Shown: positions 9,273 through 20,899, numbered from the stretch's first letter. The stretch: 32,000 bases of DNA from Synechococcus sp. A15-28 (GCF_014280175.1 NZ_CP047931.1:2130001-2162000), one strand, 5' to 3'. Program-made: numbers and translations. Notes: a model not told the origin generated them from the letters alone.

Positions 9273-9563
9273 TCAGCGGAACACCTGGGATGACGCCCAT
9301 CCGAAGAAGCGACTGACGGCGGCGATGCCGGCGGCCGACAGACTCACCATCAGGATCACAGCGATCGACTCGCTGAACAGCTGCTGACGGCTGGGCCAGA
9401 CCACAAGCTTGAGTTCATCGACCGTGGCCGGCAGAAAACCGCGGGGTGCGGCTGGCTCTGCTGGGGTGGTGTCAGGACTCTTGGTTGAGGTGTCCTCGGA
9501 AATCGGGCTGGTCACGGAAGGGGGACCGGGAGTTGACAGGGATGCCGGCAGGCACACTGCCAA
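9273..9563 (-). CDS. secE: preprotein translocase subunit SecE
   Basis: Small ORF just upstream of nusG. The C-terminal half, VDELKLVVWPSRQQLFSESIAVILMVSLSAAGIAAV, matches the SecE TM segment pattern. The exact start is uncertain. Confidence 0.75.
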   Translation of the reverse strand: MAVCLPASLSTPGPPSVTSPISEDTSTKSPDTTPAEPAAPRGFLPATVDELKLVVWPSRQQLFSESIAVILMVSLSAAGIAAVSRFFGWASSQVFR

Positions 9564-9585
9564 ACGAACACCCTACTGGATGCCC

Positions 9586-12291
9586 CTACGACTCCACAGG
9601 CTCAAACGCCAATGAGCTGCCGTCGTCTGTTCCGCAACGAACCCGGATGCCCCGCGCCGAACGGAAACGATCCTCCAGCAGTTGGGTGGCCAGTGGGTTC
9701 TCCAGTTGACGCCGCAGCACCCGGCGCAACGGACGGGCGCCGTACTCCGGTTCATGGCCCTGACGGGCCAGCGAATCCGCCACTGCATCGTCCACATCCA
9801 ATGACAGCCCCTGTTCCGCCATCAGGGAGGCGAGATCGGCCAGTTGCAAACGCACGATCCGCACCAGATCCTTCACCTCCAAAGGGCGGAAGCGAATCAC
9901 TTCATCGATCCGATTGAGAAACTCCGGACGGAACTGACTGGCCAGGGCCGCATCCACCTGCTGCTGGAGCTGGTCGTCATCGCTGGAACCGGACCGGGCG
10001 TGCTCAAGGATCGCCGGGCTGGCCAGGTTGCTGGTCATCACCACCACGGTGTGGCGGAAATCAACGGTCCGCCCCTGGGAATCGGTGAGTCGGCCGTCGT
10101 CCAGAACCTGCAGCAGCAGATTGAACACATCCGGGTGAGCTTTCTCCACTTCATCCAGAAGCAACACGGCGTACGGGCGCCGGCGCACCGCCTCGGTGAG
10201 CTGCCCCCCCTCCTCGTATCCGACGTAGCCCGGCGGAGCACCGATCAGGCGTGCCGAAGCGTTGCGCTCCATCAACTCGCTCATGTCGAGGCGCACCAGG
10301 GCTTCCTCCTCATCAAACAGAGACGTAGCCAGTGCCTTGGCCAGCTCCGTTTTGCCAACACCCGTCGGGCCAAGAAACAGGAACGAACCCACGGGCCGAC
10401 GGGGATCCTTCATCCCGGCCCGCGCCCGTCGGATCGCTGCGGAAACGGCGGCCACCGCTTCCGCCTGGCCGATCACCCGCTCCGCCAAGTGACTCTCCAA
10501 GGCCAGCAGCTTGCGACGTTCTCCCGCTAGGAGGCGCTGCACTGGAATCCCGGTCCAACGGGCCACCAAATCAGCGATGTCCCCCGCCTCCACCTGTTCC
10601 CGCAGCAGTGCCGTCCCCGATGCCTGCGCCTCGGACTGACTGTCTTCCAACGCCTCCCGGCGCTGCTGCACGGTGTGCAGCTGGTCGTACTGCAACCGAG
10701 CGGCCTCCTCCAGATCCCCCTGTCGTTCCGCCTCGGCGATGGCATGACGCAGGTCTTCGTCCTGCTGCAGCAACTGACCAAGCTCCTCCAGCTGGGTGCG
10801 CTCCTCCTGCCAACGCCGGCGCAGATCATCCAGCCGGGAGGACACTTCCAGACGTTGACGCTGCAGCTGGATCCGCTCCTCCTCCGGTGATTGTTCCGCC
10901 GCCAGCAGCGCCAGTTCCACCCGGCGCAGGTCCGCCTCAGCCTCCTCCACCACCTGTGGCTTGGAGGTGACTTCGATCTTCAGCTGAGCCGCGGCCTCGT
11001 CAATCAGATCGATCGCCTTGTCCGGCAGGCAACGGTCGCTGATGTAGCGATCCGCCAATCGATTGGCGGTCTGAATCGCCTCGTCGGTGATGGTGACGCC
11101 ATGGTGAAGCTCGTAGCGCTCCCGCAGGCCCCGCAGGATCTCCAGGCTGAGTTCCAGATCCGGTTCGCGGATCAGCACCTGCTGAAAACGACGGTTGAGG
11201 GCAGGGTCCTTTTCGACAGTGCGTCGGTACTCCTCCGGCGTGGTCGCGCCGATACAGCGCAGGTCCCCCCGCGCCAGGGCGGGCTTGAGCAGGCTGCCCG
11301 CATCGGTGCTGCTGCGGTCGCTTCCAACGATGGTGTGGAGCTCGTCGATGAAGAGCACCACCCCGGAATCGGAGCGACTCACCTCCTCGAGGACAGAGCG
11401 CAGGCGTTCCTCGAACTGACCGCGGAATTTGGCCCCGGCGATCAGGGCACCCAGATCAAGGGCAATCAGTCGAAGCCCCTGCAACGAGTCCGGCACCTCA
11501 CCGGCCACGATCCGCTGGGCCAGGAGCTCGGCGATGGCCGTCTTGCCGACGCCGGGTTCCCCGATCAGCACCGGATTGTTCTTGCTGCGGCGGGACAGCA
11601 CCTTGATCAGGTTGCGAATCTCGCTGTCGCGACCGATCACCGGATCGAGGGAACCAGCCTCTGCCTCCTCAGTGAGATCACGGCCAAAAGCTTCAAGGGC
11701 CGAGGGCTCCTGCTCCAGTTCAACCGGGGGCTGGGCAGGGGTGGGGACAGACGGCTGAACCGATGGCGTCGGCTCTGGAGCCATCACACGGGGGGGCGGT
11801 GCCGGTTGAGGCGTCGGAGCTGGGGTCGGAACAACCGACGGCTGCTGCAGCAGGCTCTCCAGCCGATCAGCCGCAAGGCCCTGGGCCGCAAACAACTCGG
11901 CCCCGATGCGGGGGTCGGCACCAACCGCAACGACCAGCTGAGGCACATCGATCAAACGATCCCCCCAGCGGCCTCGGATCTGCTCAGCGGTCTCCAGCAG
12001 CTGCTCCAGGTCTTCACCGATGAACAACTGATCACCCCGCGCCGGAGGCTGAGCCGCCAGCACATCCTCCAGACGATCCAGGAGATCATCCGAGCGCAGC
12101 GGCAGCGGATCCACCCAGCGCCTGAAGGCCGAATCACTGAACAGCACCTGGATCAGATGCTCAACATCCAGCTGGTCATGGCGCCAGCGACGGGCCATGT
12201 CCTGACCAGCCAGCAGAAGCTCCCAGGCGGGATCGGAAAAACGGTCAGGCTCGTGGGTGAGGCTGCCGCGGGAGGCGGGGGTGCCGGTCAT
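9586..12291 (-). CDS. clpB: ATP-dependent chaperone ClpB (Clp/Hsp100 with two AAA+ modules and a coiled-coil middle domain)
   Basis: 901 aa. Walker A motifs are [12 protein letters not shown] and [13 protein letters not shown] long charged coiled-coil segment separates NBD1 and NBD2. Also has the [12 protein letters not shown] and GARPLRR motifs. Confidence 0.9.
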   Translation of the reverse strand: MTGTPASRGSLTHEPDRFSDPAWELLLAGQDMARRWRHDQLDVEHLIQVLFSDSAFRRWVDPLPLRSDDLLDRLEDVLAAQPPARGDQLFIGEDLEQLLETAEQIRGRWGDRLIDVPQLVVAVGADPRIGAELFAAQGLAADRLESLLQQPSVVPTPAPTPQPAPPPRVMAPEPTPSVQPSVPTPAQPPVELEQEPSALEAFGRDLTEEAEAGSLDPVIGRDSEIRNLIKVLSRRSKNNPVLIGEPGVGKTAIAELLAQRIVAGEVPDSLQGLRLIALDLGALIAGAKFRGQFEERLRSVLEEVSRSDSGVVLFIDELHTIVGSDRSSTDAGSLLKPALARGDLRCIGATTPEEYRRTVEKDPALNRRFQQVLIREPDLELSLEILRGLRERYELHHGVTITDEAIQTANRLADRYISDRCLPDKAIDLIDEAAAQLKIEVTSKPQVVEEAEADLRRVELALLAAEQSPEEERIQLQRQRLEVSSRLDDLRRRWQEERTQLEELGQLLQQDEDLRHAIAEAERQGDLEEAARLQYDQLHTVQQRREALEDSQSEAQASGTALLREQVEAGDIADLVARWTGIPVQRLLAGERRKLLALESHLAERVIGQAEAVAAVSAAIRRARAGMKDPRRPVGSFLFLGPTGVGKTELAKALATSLFDEEEALVRLDMSELMERNASARLIGAPPGYVGYEEGGQLTEAVRRRPYAVLLLDEVEKAHPDVFNLLLQVLDDGRLTDSQGRTVDFRHTVVVMTSNLASPAILEHARSGSSDDDQLQQQVDAALASQFRPEFLNRIDEVIRFRPLEVKDLVRIVRLQLADLASLMAEQGLSLDVDDAVADSLARQGHEPEYGARPLRRVLRRQLENPLATQLLEDRFRSARGIRVRCGTDDGSSLAFEPVES

Positions 12292-12686
12292 GCAGCGGCG
12301 AGGGTGGAGATCTCGATCAACTCCACCTTGTAGCCGTCAGGGTCCTCCACGAACGCAATCACCGTGGAACCGTGCTTCATCGGCCCCGGCTCACGCACCA
12401 CCCGGCCACCCTTGCCACTGATGGCGGCGCAAGCGCTGCGGATATCATGCACTCCAAGGGCGATATGGCCATAGGCATTGCCGAGGTCATAGGAACTGGT
12501 GTCCCAGTTGTGGGTGAGCTCCAGCACCGTCTGCTCCGACTCCGGCCCGTAACCAACGAAGGCCAGGGTGAAACGACCGGTGGGGTAGTCCTTGCGCCGC
12601 AGCAGCTGCATGCCGAGCACCTCGGTGTAGAAGGCGATGGATTGGTCCAGATCCCCGACCCGGAGCATGGTGTGAAGCATCCGCAT
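12288..12686 (-). CDS. gloA: lactoylglutathione lyase (glyoxalase I)
   Basis: Last 132 codons of the 535-aa minus ORF: [47 protein letters not shown]...GHIALGV...[14 protein letters not shown]. The stop overlaps the clpB ATG (ATGA). Confidence 0.85.
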   Translation of the reverse strand: MRMLHTMLRVGDLDQSIAFYTEVLGMQLLRRKDYPTGRFTLAFVGYGPESEQTVLELTHNWDTSSYDLGNAYGHIALGVHDIRSACAAISGKGGRVVREPGPMKHGSTVIAFVEDPDGYKVELIEISTLAAA

Positions 12687-12770
12687 GGGGCGCGGTTTCC
12701 TGACGTGAACGTTCAAGCATTCTGGCCGGGTGCCAACGGTCACAATGCGAGAGCAGGGGGCGACCCATAA

Positions 12771-14090
<1,320 letters not shown>

Positions 14091-14106
14091 TCGGCAAGCG
14101 TTGCCC

Positions 14107-15759
14107 TCAGCGATTGGAGCCAGGCAACTGCTCCAGTCGCTGGTCCCGGCGAATGCGCACTTGCATGCGGAACCAACCCATGCCCACGGGTATTGCGGCA
14201 GCAGCAGGAAGCACGGCCCAGAGCGGTCGAACACTGGCGCCGACGATGGCAGTGGACAGGGCCAGGCAGCCCAGCAGCACCGACTGACCGATGGACTGCT
14301 GCGCCAGCGTCATGCGTCGGAACTGGCGATCGGACTCTCCCAGACGCACTTGCAGCTGCAGATCACCCTGCTCCAGCCGTTCCAGACTCTCGTCCAGACG
14401 ACGGGGGAGGGCCGCAGCGCGGCTGCTCAACGCTCCCACCTGACGTCCAAGTTCATTGAACAGGTCGCTGGAGCCGGATCCGCTCGACGTCATCAGAGGA
14501 AGGAGGTAAGGCTTAGCTATCGCTACGAGGCTAAAAGCCGGATCGAGGCTGCGGCCGACGCCCTCAAAGGTCGAGAGTGCCCGCATGACGAAGATCAGCT
14601 CCACCGGCAGGCGAAACGGCTGGCCATACACCAGGTCGTAGAGGTCACCGGAGAGCTTGTCGATCACATTGCTGCTGAAGGGAGGGGTGAGGGCCTCCTT
14701 GAGCATCAAACGCACCAACCGGCGGACCGGGCCGACATCAATGCCCCTGGAGATGACCCCCGCCGCCTGCATCTCCTGCACCAGCGCGGCCGAATCTCTC
14801 GCTGCAGCCGCCCGCACCATGGAGCCCAGCCGACGGCGCAGGCCATCGGAGAGCAGCCCCATCATCCCGAAGTCGTAGTAGATGAGAGCGCCATCACTGG
14901 CCACCGCCAGATTGCCGGGATGGGGGTCAGCGTGGAAGAAGCCAAAGCGCACCAACTGCTTGAGGTAGCTGGCTGCTCCGATTTCCGCCACAGCAGAGGG
15001 ATCGATGCCGGCGTCCAGCAGCGCCTCCCGGTCGTTGACCTTGATTCCCGGCAAATAATCAAGGCAAAGCACCCGACGGGTGCTTTGCTCCCAAACCACC
15101 GCAGGAATGCGGATGCGCTCGTCGTCGAGGAACTGCTGACGGAAGCGGGCTGCGTACTGCGCCTCAACCCTGAAATCCAGTTCCCGCAACAACACCCGCC
15201 GACACTCCCGTGCCATCGCCGGCCAGTCGCGCCCGCGCCCCCAACTTGGGTGACGCTGAAGCACTGCCGCCACCTGCTGCATCACCTCCAGATCCAGCCG
15301 GAACAACGTGTCGAGCCCGGGCCGTTGGATCTTCAGCACCACCTGCCGGCCACTGCGCAGGCTGGCCCGGTGCACCTGGGCCAAAGAGGCGGCACCCAAA
15401 GGCACCGGATCGAGGTCAATCACTTCGGCGCAACGGGGCCCCAGCTCCTCTTCCAGGACGGTTTGCACCTGCTCAAAGGGAAACGCGGGAACGCTGTCCT
15501 GCAGGGACGCCAACTCCGCCACCCAGCCGGCCGGGAGGATGTCCGGGCGTGCAGAGAGCAACTGCCCCAGCTTGATGAAGGCCGAGCCCAGCCGCAGCAG
15601 CTCAGCGGTCAGCCAGCGCGCCCGCGCCTGCTGCCTCGCGGCGCGACTGTTCGCGGTCTGCCCACCTCGGTAGGTCCAGGCCTGGCTGTCCCACCACAGG
15701 AACAGCAGCAAGGTGAGGACGGCGCGCCAGATCCGCAGCCCCCGCAGCATCCGACCCAT
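14107..15759 (-). CDS. ABC1/UbiB-family atypical protein kinase
   Basis: 550 aa. FIKLGQLLSARPDILP, AAASLAQVHRA, VLKIQRPGL and FFHADPHPGNL are hallmarks of the ABC1/aarF family. The C-terminal region contains hydrophobic segments. Confidence 0.85.
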   Translation of the reverse strand: MGRMLRGLRIWRAVLTLLLFLWWDSQAWTYRGGQTANSRAARQQARARWLTAELLRLGSAFIKLGQLLSARPDILPAGWVAELASLQDSVPAFPFEQVQTVLEEELGPRCAEVIDLDPVPLGAASLAQVHRASLRSGRQVVLKIQRPGLDTLFRLDLEVMQQVAAVLQRHPSWGRGRDWPAMARECRRVLLRELDFRVEAQYAARFRQQFLDDERIRIPAVVWEQSTRRVLCLDYLPGIKVNDREALLDAGIDPSAVAEIGAASYLKQLVRFGFFHADPHPGNLAVASDGALIYYDFGMMGLLSDGLRRRLGSMVRAAAARDSAALVQEMQAAGVISRGIDVGPVRRLVRLMLKEALTPPFSSNVIDKLSGDLYDLVYGQPFRLPVELIFVMRALSTFEGVGRSLDPAFSLVAIAKPYLLPLMTSSGSGSSDLFNELGRQVGALSSRAAALPRRLDESLERLEQGDLQLQVRLGESDRQFRRMTLAQQSIGQSVLLGCLALSTAIVGASVRPLWAVLPAAAAIPVGMGWFRMQVRIRRDQRLEQLPGSNR

Positions 15760-16136
15760 CAGGAGCGGGCCTCAAGGGCACGGTTGATCTCGGCGATGGA
15801 GGCGCGCAGGCGATCCACCATCTCCTGAGGAGAGCTCGGGTTTGAATCGGTGCTGATGACGGCGGACTCAACGCAGGAATCGGATGCTGGAGGTGGAGGA
15901 GCGTCGCCATGTTCCAGTCGCTCGGCTTCCGCCCGAACCTCGTCCTGGAACAGCTCCCATTCCTGGCGCAGGCGCTCCGGAGCATCCTGAGCGAGCACGG
16001 CAATCTCAGCCGCTGCGTCCGCCAGACCATGACCCAGGCGGGCACTGATCCGGTTGACGGTGGCACGGATGAACGCGTCCGAAGACCCCATGAGCGCCTC
16101 GAGAAGGAGGAAACTCTGGCAGATCCGTTGGTTCAA
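15759..16136 (-). CDS. hypothetical protein
   Basis: 125-aa ORF in line with its neighbours. Its TGA shares one nucleotide with the ATG of the ABC1 kinase gene (TGATG). No recognisable domain. Confidence 0.45.
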   Translation of the reverse strand: MNQRICQSFLLLEALMGSSDAFIRATVNRISARLGHGLADAAAEIAVLAQDAPERLRQEWELFQDEVRAEAERLEHGDAPPPPASDSCVESAVISTDSNPSSPQEMVDRLRASIAEINRALEARS

Positions 16137-16141
16137 CCGAG

Positions 16142-16738
16142 CTACGGATTGGGGGCTGCTACCGGTTCCAGGGGAACAAAGAATTCGTCCTGATCAACGC
16201 TCACCTCAGAGTCCGTCGCCTCCAGCACTGGATCAATGGGATTGAAAGGGTCAACCGAAGGATCCACCAATGGATCGATCAAGGCAGCCGGTTCAGGCTG
16301 AGGCTCCTCTGGCCACAGCTGTTCGGGTTGCGTCCAAGCCGGTGCAGTCCAGGTGGGCTCAGGTAAGGGCGCCTGCAAGGCCAGTTCCTCCTTGCGGGCT
16401 AATTCCGCCTGAAGGCGGGCTTGCTCTTCAGCCTTGGCTTTGGCCTGACGCTCTGCCTCTTCCTTGGCTTCGATGGCGGCAACATCCACCATCAGAGGGA
16501 CCTTGCTGCCATTCGCTTGGCGCAGCGACGCCAGCGATTCACCTGGAAACGCGAGACCGGCAAAGGGCTCCGGCTGGCGTGGGGGGTCAGGGTTGGTTTG
16601 CAGGGTCACTACCCGATGGGTAATGCCATAGCCCAAGGAAAAACAACAACCGGTCACCAAGGGGCCGACCCAAAAGCGTGGTCGGCGCCTCTGCGCTGCC
16701 TCGACCTTGGTTTCGCTGGGCTCGGTGGGTTGGTTCAT
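16142..16738 (-). CDS. hypothetical membrane-anchored protein with a charged coiled-coil segment
   Basis: I use the internal ATG at 16736-16738 (MNQPTEPSE...), which avoids overlap with argJ. One TM-like segment (FWVGPLVTGCCFSLGYGI) and an EAKEEAERQAKAKAEEQARLQAELARKEE stretch. Confidence 0.45.
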   Translation of the reverse strand: MNQPTEPSETKVEAAQRRRPRFWVGPLVTGCCFSLGYGITHRVVTLQTNPDPPRQPEPFAGLAFPGESLASLRQANGSKVPLMVDVAAIEAKEEAERQAKAKAEEQARLQAELARKEELALQAPLPEPTWTAPAWTQPEQLWPEEPQPEPAALIDPLVDPSVDPFNPIDPVLEATDSEVSVDQDEFFVPLEPVAAPNP

Positions 16739-16775
16739 GGCTCGATTTTTGCAGCCATTCGCAACCAGGCCAAGG

Positions 16776-18005
16776 TCAAGTGGTGTAGTCGGCGTTGATA
16801 CGCACGTATTGATCAGACAGGTCACAGCCCCAGGCACACCCCTGGCCGGGGCCAGCGCCCAGGTGGATCCGGATCACCACCGTTTCTTGCCGCAACACGG
16901 CACTGGCGGCCTCCCGATCGAAGGAGAGGGGCTGACCGGATTGCATCAATTGATGCGGGCCGATCCAGAGAGCGACGGCGTCCGGATCAAAGGCGACACC
17001 CGACCGGCCAGCGGCCGCAACGATCCGGCCCCAATTGGGATCCCGCCCATGGACAGCCGTTTTCACCAAGGAGGAGCCGGCGATGGTGCGGGCCACGCGC
17101 CGCGCTGCTGGTGCATCCGGAGCGCCCTCCACTTGCACCTCTATCAGACAGGTGGCCCCCTCGCCATCCCGGGCAATGGCCTTGGCCAAGTGCTGCATCG
17201 CTTCGATCAGCCCCTGCTCCAGAGCCGCATGGTGGGCCGAATCCAGCGGTGCACCAGCCGCAAAAGCCAGCACAGTGTCGTTGGTGCTGGTGTCGCCATC
17301 AACGGTGATGGCGTTGAAGGAGCGCTGCACCGCCCGGCTCACCATGGCGTTCCACAGCGACGGTTCAACACCGGCATCGCAGCTGAAGAAACCCAGCATG
17401 GTCGCCATGTCCGGATGGATCATTCCCGACCCCTTGGCCATCCCGCCAATACGCACCTTCCGCTCGCCAAGGTTGGCTTCCAACGCCACCTGTTTGTCCA
17501 CCAGATCGGTGGTGAGGATGGCGTTGGCAGCCGCCGCGCCAGCTTGCGCTGACATCGTCTCCACCAAGGGATCGAGCCCCGCCAGCAGTGTCGGCATCGG
17601 GATCGGCACGCCGATCACACCGGTCGAGCAGATCAACACCCCCTCGGCATCAAGCCCCAGGAGATCGGCGAGGGCCTGGGTGGCGCGCTGACTGTCGATC
17701 AGACCGCGGTCACCAGTGCAGGCATTGGCCTGCCCGGAATTGATCAGAACCGCTCTTGCCACTCCCCCCTTGGCGGCCAGACGTTCAGCGCAGAGATCCA
17801 CACAGGCCGCCCGCACGACGGAGGTGGTGAAGCTGCCGGCACAGACCGCTGGTTCGGGCGCCACCAGCAGGGCGAGGTCCGGCTTGCCGGAGGGCTTCAA
17901 ACCCACCGCGACACCCGATGCCTGAAAGCCCTGGGGAGCGGTGACACCTCCGGTGACCATCTGCCAGGGGGAATGCATGGCACAGCCGAGGGAAACTTGA
18001 ACCAT
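16776..18005 (-). CDS. argJ: bifunctional ornithine acetyltransferase / N-acetylglutamate synthase
   Basis: VTAPQGFQASGV, GMAKGSGMIHPDMATMLGF (self-cleavage site context) and a C-terminal INADYTT are typical ArgJ. An alternative start is at 17978. Confidence 0.9.
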   Translation of the reverse strand: MVQVSLGCAMHSPWQMVTGGVTAPQGFQASGVAVGLKPSGKPDLALLVAPEPAVCAGSFTTSVVRAACVDLCAERLAAKGGVARAVLINSGQANACTGDRGLIDSQRATQALADLLGLDAEGVLICSTGVIGVPIPMPTLLAGLDPLVETMSAQAGAAAANAILTTDLVDKQVALEANLGERKVRIGGMAKGSGMIHPDMATMLGFFSCDAGVEPSLWNAMVSRAVQRSFNAITVDGDTSTNDTVLAFAAGAPLDSAHHAALEQGLIEAMQHLAKAIARDGEGATCLIEVQVEGAPDAPAARRVARTIAGSSLVKTAVHGRDPNWGRIVAAAGRSGVAFDPDAVALWIGPHQLMQSGQPLSFDREAASAVLRQETVVIRIHLGAGPGQGCAWGCDLSDQYVRINADYTT

Positions 18006-18019
18006 CCTCCTTCGGCAGC

Positions 18020-18616
18020 ATGCAGCGCCGCATCGGCCTCACCGGTGGCATTGCCAGTGGAAAAAGCAGCGTCGGCCGTTTGCTCGAAGCACGGGGCTGG
18101 CCCGTGCTCGATGCCGATCAATACGCTCGCGACGCCTTGTCTCCGAACACGCCTGCATCAGAGGCGGTGATGGAGCGTTTCGGTTCAGCGGTGGGGACTG
18201 CCGCCCATCTGAACCGCAAAGCCCTCGGACGAATCGTGTTCAACGATTCCGTCGAACGCCGTTGGCTCGAGGCCTTGATTCATCCCGTCGTGCGGGACCG
18301 GTTTCAGCAGGAGCTGGAGCGGCGCAGCCATGAACCGGTGGTGGTGCTGATGATCCCTTTACTGTTCGAAGCAGGGTTGGAGTCTCTGTGCAGCGAAATC
18401 TGGCTCGTGAACTGCACACCCGAACAGCAACTGGCGCGGATGATGCAACGGGACGGGCTGACCGAGGAAGAAGCACAGGCACGACTGCTGGCGCAGTGGC
18501 CCCTTGCCCGTAAGCGGAACCTCGCAGACCAGGTCATTGAGAACAGCGGCGCACTCGATGCGCTGGTGGCAGCGGTCAACCGTTGCGACCCGGTTTCTCC
18601 CGGAACCACTTGGTGA
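18020..18616 (+). CDS. coaE: dephospho-CoA kinase
   Basis: 198 aa with an IGLTGGIASGKSSV P-loop at the N-terminus. Confidence 0.85.
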   Translation: MQRRIGLTGGIASGKSSVGRLLEARGWPVLDADQYARDALSPNTPASEAVMERFGSAVGTAAHLNRKALGRIVFNDSVERRWLEALIHPVVRDRFQQELERRSHEPVVVLMIPLLFEAGLESLCSEIWLVNCTPEQQLARMMQRDGLTEEEAQARLLAQWPLARKRNLADQVIENSGALDALVAAVNRCDPVSPGTTW

Positions 18617-19421
18617 TCACCCATTTACTGCCCTTCTCGACCGGTATGGCTTCATGCAAGGTGAAGGGATTGGGCGTGCCATCGGCCTGCAGATTGTTCC
18701 AAGCCAACGCAAGGCCAGGCACTGGCGTGAAACAGCGCCCAAGGCGCTTGAAGCAGGTCTCACCACCGCGTTCCACAGCGTTCAGATACACCATCAACGT
18801 CCAGGTGCGTTGCCCACCACTCGTGGTGTGTTTGGTGAATTCCTTGGTGCCGGGGGAAAACCAATCGGTGTGCTCCTTGAAGTACTCACCAGGGTCATAC
18901 CGCTGCCCCTGAATGGGTTCAGACAACCGCGGATCAACACCCAACAGTTCGGCAAATCGTTGATCCAATCGCGCCGCCAGGGCTGGGTGGTTCTGGCGCA
19001 GATGGCAGGTTCGACTGGTGCGGTAGTCACTGCTGCCTCGGGTGACCGTGGACGGTTTTAAAGAACTGTTGATTACCTCAATCACTTCCTCGCACTCGTC
19101 CCGGTCAAGCAGGTGCGGCAACTCATAAATCTGGGCCAGCGGAGTATCCAAACGCCAGGCTCTCGGCTGGTGATCCGGGCGTGTAATCGGAGCCTCAAAC
19201 CAGCCAAGCCAGTTCACCGATTGCAGCGATGGTTTGCTGTCAGCCAACTGCACGGGAGCAGTCTCTTGTGATGTTCCCTGATCGAGAACAGCCTCGATCG
19301 CCTCGCGATCGAAGCCCTGCGCCATCGCCCGGTCCACCAGGCCATCCCGCGCACAACCGCGATCACGGTTGTGCCGAAGCCAGTCACTCCAGGCGTCCGG
19401 AATGGCCCGACTGGCTGTCAT
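18576..19421 (-). CDS. prolyl 4-hydroxylase-like 2OG-Fe(II) oxygenase
   Basis: 281 aa. YFKEHTDWF..., TLMVYLN..., GGETCF... and HEAIPVEKGSKWVITKW fit the P4H-alpha-type HxD...H...K/R double-stranded beta-helix pattern. Its ATG overlaps the gatB stop (ATGA). Confidence 0.7.
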   Translation of the reverse strand: MTASRAIPDAWSDWLRHNRDRGCARDGLVDRAMAQGFDREAIEAVLDQGTSQETAPVQLADSKPSLQSVNWLGWFEAPITRPDHQPRAWRLDTPLAQIYELPHLLDRDECEEVIEVINSSLKPSTVTRGSSDYRTSRTCHLRQNHPALAARLDQRFAELLGVDPRLSEPIQGQRYDPGEYFKEHTDWFSPGTKEFTKHTTSGGQRTWTLMVYLNAVERGGETCFKRLGRCFTPVPGLALAWNNLQADGTPNPFTLHEAIPVEKGSKWVITKWFREKPGRNG

Positions 19422-20899
19422 TCCCCTTTCAGTTTTCTGCTCAAAATCTGATTGGCCAACTTGGGATCTGCCTTACCCCCGGTCTTCTTCATCAATTGAC
19501 CCACGAAGAAGCCCTGAAGCTTGTTTTTGCCGCCACGGAATGCCTCCACTTCATCGGGGTGAGCCACCAGCAGTTCATCCACGATCGCCTCAATGGCCGC
19601 CGGGTCACTGATCATGCCGAGCCCGCGCTCATCAACAATGGCCTTGGGTGAACCGCCCTTCTCCAGAAGTTCTGGAAGGATGTCCTTGGCGATCTTGCCG
19701 CTGATCTTGCCGCCATCGATCAACATCACCATCTCGGAAAGCTGTTCAGGCCGAAACGGCAGCTCGCTGTAGCTCAACCGCTGGGAATTCACGTAGGCGG
19801 CGATATCCCCAGTGATCCAGTTGGCTGAAAGCTTGGCATCGGCACCGGCAGCCACCACGGCTTCGTAGTAGTCGGCCATGGGCCGTTCGTCCGTCAGCAC
19901 CCGGGCGTCGTATTGCGACAAACCCAGATCATCGGCGTAGCGATGGCGCTTGGCCGCTGGCAGTTCCGGCAGTTCGGCACGCCAACCCTCCCGCTGCTCA
20001 GCACTGACCTCAATCGGGCCTAAGTCGGGATCAGGGAAATAGCGGTAATCGCTGGCACCCTCTTTGCTGCGCATGCTCTTGGTGAGCTGCTTGCCCTCGT
20101 CCCAGAGGCGGGTTTCCTGCACGATCGTCTCGCCCGCTTCAATCGCCTTCACCTGACGCTTGATCTCGTACTCACACGCCTTCTGAATGGCGGAGAAGGA
20201 GTTCATGTTCTTGATCTCAACCTTCGTCCCGAAGGGAGCATCGGGCCCTCGGCGCACGGAGATGTTGACGTCACAGCGCAGGGAGCCTTCCTGCATATTT
20301 CCATCCGAAACACCCAGATACCGCATAATCCGGCGGATCTCTGAGGCGTATTCGGCCGCTTCACGGCCGGTGCGCAGGTCCGGCTTGCTTACGATCTCCG
20401 CCAAAGCCACCCCAGCGCGGTTGTAGTCCACAAGGGAATGGGTGGAGCCTGCCAGGCGGTCACTTCCGGCGTGCACAAGCTTGCCCGCGTCCTCCTCCAT
20501 GTGAAGGCGTTCGATCCCAATGGTCTTCAGGTAGGTGTCCTTGCCTTTCTCAGCCACCTCCACCTCAATCCAACCCTCCTCGGCGATGGGCTCGTCGTAC
20601 TGGGAGATCTGGTAGTTCTTGGGCAGATCCGGATAGAAATACTGTTTGCGGTCGAACTTGCTGTGCTCAGCGATCTTGAGGTTCAGCGCCATCGCCGCCT
20701 TGACGGCGTACTCGAGCACCTTTTGATTCAGCACCGGCAGCGTCCCTGGCAGTCCGCAGACCACCGGATCGATGTGGGTGTTGGGGTCGTCTCCAAACGA
20801 GGTGGATGCCGACGTGAAGATCTTGCTGTCGGTCCCCAGCTGCACATGGGTTTCCAGGCCAATCACGGCTTCCCAGGCGGGCTCTGCTGCGACCATCAC
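19418..20899 (-). CDS. gatB: Asp-tRNA(Asn)/Glu-tRNA(Gln) amidotransferase subunit B
   Basis: 493 aa: WEAVIGLETHVQLGTDSKIF, MEEDAGK, RCDVNISV, and a C-terminal FFVGQLMKKTGGKADPK (GatB/YqeY tail). Confidence 0.95.
   Translation of the reverse strand: MMVAAEPAWEAVIGLETHVQLGTDSKIFTSASTSFGDDPNTHIDPVVCGLPGTLPVLNQKVLEYAVKAAMALNLKIAEHSKFDRKQYFYPDLPKNYQISQYDEPIAEEGWIEVEVAEKGKDTYLKTIGIERLHMEEDAGKLVHAGSDRLAGSTHSLVDYNRAGVALAEIVSKPDLRTGREAAEYASEIRRIMRYLGVSDGNMQEGSLRCDVNISVRRGPDAPFGTKVEIKNMNSFSAIQKACEYEIKRQVKAIEAGETIVQETRLWDEGKQLTKSMRSKEGASDYRYFPDPDLGPIEVSAEQREGWRAELPELPAAKRHRYADDLGLSQYDARVLTDERPMADYYEAVVAAGADAKLSANWITGDIAAYVNSQRLSYSELPFRPEQLSEMVMLIDGGKISGKIAKDILPELLEKGGSPKAIVDERGLGMISDPAAIEAIVDELLVAHPDEVEAFRGGKNKLQGFFVGQLMKKTGGKADPKLANQILSRKLKGE

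Noticed and set aside
10891-12333. 480-aa plus-strand ORF antisense to clpB
   Set aside because: This is a shadow ORF typical of high-GC DNA. The translation is Arg/Gly/Leu/Gln-rich with no recognisable motif, whereas the opposite strand encodes an unmistakable ClpB.
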